Origin: an uncultured virus (IMG/VR IMGVR_UViG_3300028377_000003)
Lineage: Duplodnaviria; Heunggongvirae; Uroviricota; Caudoviricetes
IMG/VR virus record: IMGVR_UViG_3300028377_000003
Location: 62,001-126,000 of that record
Length of the DNA: 64,000 bases
Reading direction: 5' to 3' (one strand)
Shown here: piece by piece, positions 59,338 to 64,000 of the stretch
Position numbering within the stretch: position 1 is the first letter of the stretch
How the letters are laid out: each line of letters begins with the position of its first letter
The notes under the pieces: generated by a model
Databases searched by the model: none
Seen by the model: the letters and a program-made list of their open reading frames with translations, nothing else
Told to the model about the DNA's origin: nothing
Translations under genes and position numbers: made by a program

Positions 59338-60225
59338 ATGTCTGACAACACCACGCAATTGGATAACGCGGCCAAGCAAGAGATCATTAGTCGGCACATC
59401 AAGACCGCCGCAGGGCGAGCTAGACTTGCTGCTTCGATGATCCAACCGCTTCGCAGCCGCCGAGATTATTCGGCAGTTGGACGCCGCACATTCTTAGTCG
59501 AGCAACTTCCTGACGGAGCGTTGCCGATCTACGATAAAGACCCCGACGTGACCGCTTATGTGGTCGGTGAAGAAGGCGAGAACATTCTCGCTATCACCAA
59601 GCCTCGTCGTGTGATCTTCCCCTTGTTCGAGATTGCTTCGAACCCGGAGATTCCGATCACGCAGATCAAGGAACGTCGCTTCGACCTCATCGAGCGTTCA
59701 CAGCAGCTTGCAAAAGCTCAGATTCAGGCAGCGGAAGACGAGCGTGTCTTCGCCGTTCTGGATTCGATTGCTACGAACGGATTCGATTCGATCCCCGGAC
59801 AGGTCAACCCTGACCTTCAGGTTATTGCCCCGATCAGTTCCGCTGTTCTGGCCGATGCCTTCGCCGAGATCGAAAAGCACGACCTTCGTGTTGCTCGAAT
59901 CTACATGCACGCCAAGGACTATGCGGACATCCGTAAGTTCGGTCGTGAGATCCTCGACATCGAGACGCAGGCTACCCTGCTCAAGACCGGTCTTCAGGCT
60001 ACCCTTTGGGGAGCCCAGATCATCCTGAGCCGCCTCGTCCCCGCAGGTTTCGTATACGTATGTTGCGAGCCTGAGATGTTCGGACGTATCCCCGTCCGTA
60101 CTGAGCTTACCGTGCTCTCCGCAGACAACCCTCGTGCCCGCACGATCGGTTTCTCTGTATTCGAGAACCTCGGTATCGGAGCATTCAACCCACGCGGCCT
60201 CGTCCGCTTGGTTGTCCAGCGATAA
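59338..60225 (+). CDS. Major capsid protein (HK97 fold)
   Basis: 295 aa, AAGGAG RBS, strong codon bias; PLFEIASNP.I, AEDERVF, LWGAQI, ENLGIGAFNPRG; followed by a terminator. Confidence 0.8.
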   Translation: MSDNTTQLDNAAKQEIISRHIKTAAGRARLAASMIQPLRSRRDYSAVGRRTFLVEQLPDGALPIYDKDPDVTAYVVGEEGENILAITKPRRVIFPLFEIASNPEIPITQIKERRFDLIERSQQLAKAQIQAAEDERVFAVLDSIATNGFDSIPGQVNPDLQVIAPISSAVLADAFAEIEKHDLRVARIYMHAKDYADIRKFGREILDIETQATLLKTGLQATLWGAQIILSRLVPAGFVYVCCEPEMFGRIPVRTELTVLSADNPRARTIGFSVFENLGIGAFNPRGLVRLVVQR

Positions 60226-60267
60226 GCTGATGTTCCCTGTATGAGGCCCGTCTAGGGCCACTACCGA

Positions 60268-60300
60268 CCCCGGCTGGTTAATTCCAGCCGGGGATTTTTT
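60268..60300 (+). terminator. Intrinsic terminator after capsid gene
   Basis: ccccggctgg-ttaatt-ccagccgggg followed by a T tract. Confidence 0.85.
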
Positions 60301-60409
60301 ATGTCTGGGTGTATTCTCAGATCCTAGATCTCCAAACCTTTACCCCTCTTGATGTATCCCTCCAGATCTCGTACAGTGTGGTCTACCTAATTTAGCTATA
60401 GGAGTACGT

Positions 60410-60982
60410 ATGGAAATCAAAGACCGGGAAACAATCGTCGAGCTAGCTGTAGACCCCGCGATTAGAGGTGAAGCCCGTGACAAAACCATCAAACAGTTTA
60501 ACAAGCTGTCCAGTGCCGATCTAATGGAGATCATCGAAGAAAATGGCCTCATGGAACAGTGCTTGGAATCGGGCGTCATAGGTATGACGACGCATGAACG
60601 TTTGGAAGCCCTTACCGATCTCGAATGGTACGAGGAGTACGGTAAATACATGACCTATTTCGATGCGGGTATGGAGTGCGTGGAAATTCGTGAGGTAAAG
60701 GGCAACTGGAAAGCGACCTATTGGTGGAACATAGATCATATAGATGGTGGTGAGTCCGCGAAGCCCGAGGTGGCTTCTACACTGGAGGGCGCTCTTCGCG
60801 GTGTATTTCGTAAAGTGGGGGAACCCCTTTCCGATAAGGTATGCGAATTGGCTGGTATCGAACGCCCCGCTCTGAAAGCCGCCAAGCGTAAAGCCTATGT
60901 GGCGATTGCCGAACTAGTAGGTAAAGACCCGGATCAACCCGAAGATGTGATCTCCGCTGTGGAAGTCTTAGTAAGCCAATAA
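60410..60982 (+). CDS. Hypothetical protein
   Basis: AGGAG RBS, 190 aa. Confidence 0.75.
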   Translation: MEIKDRETIVELAVDPAIRGEARDKTIKQFNKLSSADLMEIIEENGLMEQCLESGVIGMTTHERLEALTDLEWYEEYGKYMTYFDAGMECVEIREVKGNWKATYWWNIDHIDGGESAKPEVASTLEGALRGVFRKVGEPLSDKVCELAGIERPALKAAKRKAYVAIAELVGKDPDQPEDVISAVEVLVSQ

Positions 60983-61031
60983 TTTACTTGTCGCCTTCGT
61001 CCTATGGAAGACTATACCGTAGGAGATCCTA

Positions 61032-61562
61032 ATGTCCGAAGCATTTGAGTCGGCAAAATTGCGATGTTTGCTGGATACCCGTCGTAACAAACGTGACGAT
61101 TGTCCTCAGTACGAGGAGCATCCAGAATACGCGGAGCCGCGTTACGAGAACAAGGAGGCGTCCGTGTCCCTAAAAGACCAATTAATCAAGCTGGGGGCCT
61201 CTCACGAAGACCTACGACCCCACCTGAAGTCCATCATCCATGCACTGGAGCGTACAGGTTCTGGAATGGATGCACGGCGCATCGAAGGTATCCTTAAAGA
61301 GGTGTGGACAGCCCTTGATCGTATCGGCTTTTTCGTTAACCGACATGAGGATCATTTACTGGTCCACACGATTAGTGGTTCTGGCCCCGAAACCTTTACG
61401 GTCCATCTTTTCCTCGATCGTAAAGGGGACCTCATGGCCGAATACAGAGATGATCGGGATCGGTATATGAAGGACGAGAGTTGGGGTGATTACTATTTGG
61501 ATACGCACCGGGATGCCCACGTGGTGCAAGGCATTGTCAAAACCGTAAAGAAATTAGGATAA
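61032..61562 (+). CDS. Hypothetical protein; leader motif begins at internal GTG 61164
   Basis: AAGGAGG 5 nt before GTG 61164; (V/M)SLKDQLIKLGASHEDLRPHLKSII. Confidence 0.75.
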   Translation: MSEAFESAKLRCLLDTRRNKRDDCPQYEEHPEYAEPRYENKEASVSLKDQLIKLGASHEDLRPHLKSIIHALERTGSGMDARRIEGILKEVWTALDRIGFFVNRHEDHLLVHTISGSGPETFTVHLFLDRKGDLMAEYRDDRDRYMKDESWGDYYLDTHRDAHVVQGIVKTVKKLG

Positions 61563-61565
61563 CCT

Positions 61566-62255
61566 ATGGCTGATCTGTATACCAAGTTGATTCGTTTGGG
61601 GGCATCTAACAAAGCCCTACGCCCGCATATCCGACAGTTGCTGGCCGCCAAAAGAGTAAACGGCCTTCCGTATTGGGAAGGTCCAAGTCGTTCTTGGCGT
61701 GGTGGTTGGGCAGAAGCGGAGATCACCCGAGGTACTTGGATGTCGGCATGGGTACCTCCCGCTGATCTGTGGGGTATGCACGGGGTTGATTCCCTGAACA
61801 GCGGCAAGGTTCCCGTACAGTTCGATGCGGATAGCCCCTATCGCATCGTGCGTGAAGATTCTGTACGCCCTCTTGCAAAGCAACGAAACGCTTCGGTCAA
61901 GACAGCCATGCCCGGAGGACCGGCTTCGCTGATCGCGGAGTACCTACACGACGTACTGTATGTCGCAGCCAAAGAGGTCGTGAAAAAGGTTTCGCAGGAT
62001 GCGAACGTACAGGACGATGGTGTAGACACCTCCAGACGCCGTGACGGCTACCACGAGGCGTCCGTAGTCTTTTACGAAGAAGACCCTAGTACGGGCAACG
62101 GTTTCCGCGCAGGGTTCTTTACGCTGTACTACGACGGCGCACGGTTGATTTTACAAAGCGACACGAAAGTGGTGGGTAAGCTCAAAGATAATCAAGGGAC
62201 GCAAGCCCTCGCCAAGAAGGTTGCATCCATCATGATTAGCGAGATGGGCTACTAA
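61566..62255 (+). CDS. Hypothetical protein with shared leader motif
   Basis: MADLYTKLIRLGASNKALRPHIRQLLA. Confidence 0.75.
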   Translation: MADLYTKLIRLGASNKALRPHIRQLLAAKRVNGLPYWEGPSRSWRGGWAEAEITRGTWMSAWVPPADLWGMHGVDSLNSGKVPVQFDADSPYRIVREDSVRPLAKQRNASVKTAMPGGPASLIAEYLHDVLYVAAKEVVKKVSQDANVQDDGVDTSRRRDGYHEASVVFYEEDPSTGNGFRAGFFTLYYDGARLILQSDTKVVGKLKDNQGTQALAKKVASIMISEMGY

Positions 62256-62866
62256 AGCAGGTCTCTAAGCTCTGGAGGCAAGTCGTCACGGGTAATTTGC
62301 TTTACCATCCTGTGACGTTCGCTGGAGTTGAGTATTTTTTCGGACAAGATCCGAGGGCTTTCATCTTTGGTGTACTTGCGGTAAGGGGCCGCCCAACCCA
62401 ACGGAAAGTCTTGGTCGGGAGCATCCCCCACACAAACCATGAGGGGATGCTTTTCGCCGTTCTTTGGTAGTTCGAAAACCAGCCGGATGTTTCTACCGGT
62501 ACCCGAGCGCATGTATTTGTTGATATCCCTGAACCACCGCACCATCATATCTTTCCCGGTGTAGAGGGATGTGCGTATGTCGTCGGGAAGTCGGCTACTT
62601 TTGTTGGCTACTTTCCCGGACCCGCCACATTGTTTGCAGGGGTCTTCGAGTACACGCAAACCTGCGTAGCGGCCTTTCCCGTCGCAACCGGGGCACTTTT
62701 TAGATGCCTTGGGTTCGTCCCATTCCGGTTTCAGTTCCAGCCGCACTTTATTACTCGGGTTGTAGCATCCTACACCGAAGTTCACGCGGTTGGGAAGTTT
62801 GCGTTTTTTGGCCATCTTACGCTTGTATTTTTTGGGCATGTTCAATAGCGGGTCAGGTGTGGACAT
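62252..62866 (-). CDS. Hypothetical protein with DnaJ-type Cys motifs
   Basis: CPGCDGKG...CKQCGGSG. Confidence 0.65.
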   Translation of the reverse strand: MSTPDPLLNMPKKYKRKMAKKRKLPNRVNFGVGCYNPSNKVRLELKPEWDEPKASKKCPGCDGKGRYAGLRVLEDPCKQCGGSGKVANKSSRLPDDIRTSLYTGKDMMVRWFRDINKYMRSGTGRNIRLVFELPKNGEKHPLMVCVGDAPDQDFPLGWAAPYRKYTKDESPRILSEKILNSSERHRMVKQITRDDLPPELRDLL

Positions 62867-63117
62867 TTAGCACTACGGCACGCCATAGCTACCAGTTCCA
62901 CGTCCATATCGAAAGAATGTGACCCTTCGATAATTACGTGCAGCCCATAGTCGCTCGTGAAATGCGTAAATGCAACCAGTTCGTCGTCGAGTTGTTCATT
63001 TTCATAGGTGCGATAAAACGAAAAACCCGATGAACTCGTGTGCTTTATCTGCATGTTATCGCTACAAAGCGATTCGAGGGTACTACGAACTTGCTGGACT
63101 TTCTCTTTGTTGGTCAT
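62842..63117 (-). CDS. Hypothetical protein
   Basis: 91-aa ORF downstream of minus-strand promoter. Confidence 0.5.
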   Translation of the reverse strand: MTNKEKVQQVRSTLESLCSDNMQIKHTSSSGFSFYRTYENEQLDDELVAFTHFTSDYGLHVIIEGSHSFDMDVELVAMACRSAKCPHLTRY

Positions 63118-63155
63118 TGCCTTTCCGGTAGCTAGTAGTATTGGACCACGTATCC

Positions 63156-63184
63156 TCTATACCAAAGGGTACGTGGTCCGTCAA
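63156..63184 (-). promoter_or_regulatory. sigma70-type promoter
   Basis: Minus strand TTGACG-17 nt-TATAGA. Confidence 0.7.
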
Positions 63185-63185
63185 A

Positions 63186-63494
63186 TTAACCTTGCTGTCG
63201 GCGTTCCCACTGAGCCGTCTCTTGAAACTTCTCTTCGGTTGAACGGGTATCACGCTTACCCACTTCCCAATGTGGGGACTTTTCCACGTGGTCCCGATCC
63301 AGATCGGCGGTTTCCACATCTTCCAAAAAATCTTCGGCGACCTCTTCACAATCGAAATCGTGTTCGTGAATGAACTCGACCGTATCATCCTCGAGATCGT
63401 AACCGACTACTTTGAAGATGCGTACCATACGATCTCGACCTTCCGGGTTAGGGATGCGATCAAAGGTCTTGCCAACGAAAAACTCGATAGCCAT
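63186..63494 (-). CDS. Acidic hypothetical protein
   Basis: AAGGAG RBS on minus strand, 102 aa. Confidence 0.7.
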   Translation of the reverse strand: MAIEFFVGKTFDRIPNPEGRDRMVRIFKVVGYDLEDDTVEFIHEHDFDCEEVAEDFLEDVETADLDRDHVEKSPHWEVGKRDTRSTEEKFQETAQWERRQQG

Positions 63495-63535
63495 GTTGTG
63501 TCTCCTTGGTTCGTGTTGTTTCCCTCTTCCACTAG

Positions 63536-63564
63536 ACTATACCCTAGAGATCCCGCGCTGTCAA
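63536..63564 (-). promoter_or_regulatory. sigma70-type promoter
   Basis: Minus strand TTGACA-17 nt-TATAGT. Confidence 0.8.
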
Positions 63565-63630
63565 AAATCCGATAATGTTTTTGTCCTCTGGCTTGAGTGG
63601 TAACGTTGCACCATCCGTTGGAGTGCTGAA

Positions 63631-64000
63631 ATGTCGGAACACCCTTTGCGTGAGCGAATCATTCGGTTCGCTTACGAAAATCCCAAGCTACAAGAGGATC
63701 TCCTGAAGGTCCTCAAGCTCGATTTCCGCTCTGAGACTCAGCCGGAACCTAGCCACGAATCCTTGGAAGCCTTATTGGATACCTTGGCGATGCTCCGTGC
63801 CCTTCAGGTGGTGCATCAAAACGGACATTGGAACGCGCATGGTGATCCTTACTACGGTGATCATCTGTTGCTGCAGCGTCTGTACGAAGCCGTGGATGAT
63901 GAGATGGATACTCTGGCTGAAAAGATTACGTCTATGTATGGGGCCGGGTCGATTGACCCTGCAAGCCAACTAGCCCACATGTCTTTTTATATCAACGATT
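63631..64000 (+). CDS. Dps/ferritin-like protein with N-terminal leader motif (partial; not in ORF track)
   Basis: Manual translation: MSEHPLRERIIRFAYENPKLQEDLL...HQNGHWNAHGDPYYGDHLLLQRLYEAVDDEMDTLAEK matches the Dps HWN..G...H......Y.......D..AE pattern. Confidence 0.8.
   Translation, partial: MSEHPLRERIIRFAYENPKLQEDLLKVLKLDFRSETQPEPSHESLEALLDTLAMLRALQVVHQNGHWNAHGDPYYGDHLLLQRLYEAVDDEMDTLAEKITSMYGAGSIDPASQLAHMSFYIND

Noticed and set aside
1..64000. Stop-codon reassignment
   Set aside because: Conserved genes are full length under the standard code and coding density is high

Overview
A 64-kb segment of a large (probably jumbo) tailed dsDNA phage genome, almost entirely on the + strand and read with the standard code. 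It has four parts. (i) An early cassette of a MoxR/CobS-like AAA+ ATPase, a VWA partner and two unknowns, each gene behind a near-consensus sigma70 promoter (TTGACG-N17-TATAA). (ii) A ~1.5-kb non-coding island (8858-10385) holding a highly paired candidate large ncRNA with a duplicated 29-nt hairpin, next to a candidate replication origin. (iii) A bacteria-like replication/recombination block: delta', delta, DnaX, beta clamp, class II RNR, NAD ligase, RecD2, SSB-like, RuvC, RecA, a split SbcC plus SbcD, primase core, 5'-3' exonuclease, NusG and sigma-like proteins. (iv) A head morphogenesis block: terminase, portal, prohead protease, acidic scaffold, decoration protein and HK97-type major capsid protein. 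The most striking unexplained signal is a ~26-residue amphipathic leader (L-K/R-x-x-L-I-K/R-L-G-x5-L-R-x-H-I/L-x-x-V/L-L) shared by at least nine otherwise unrelated proteins, one of them a Dps/ferritin-like protein. Several of these genes sit behind a shared candidate late promoter and carry K/R-x-A sites, which suggests a capsid-cargo addressing and processing system. All functional calls come from motif recognition by eye; no database searches were run.
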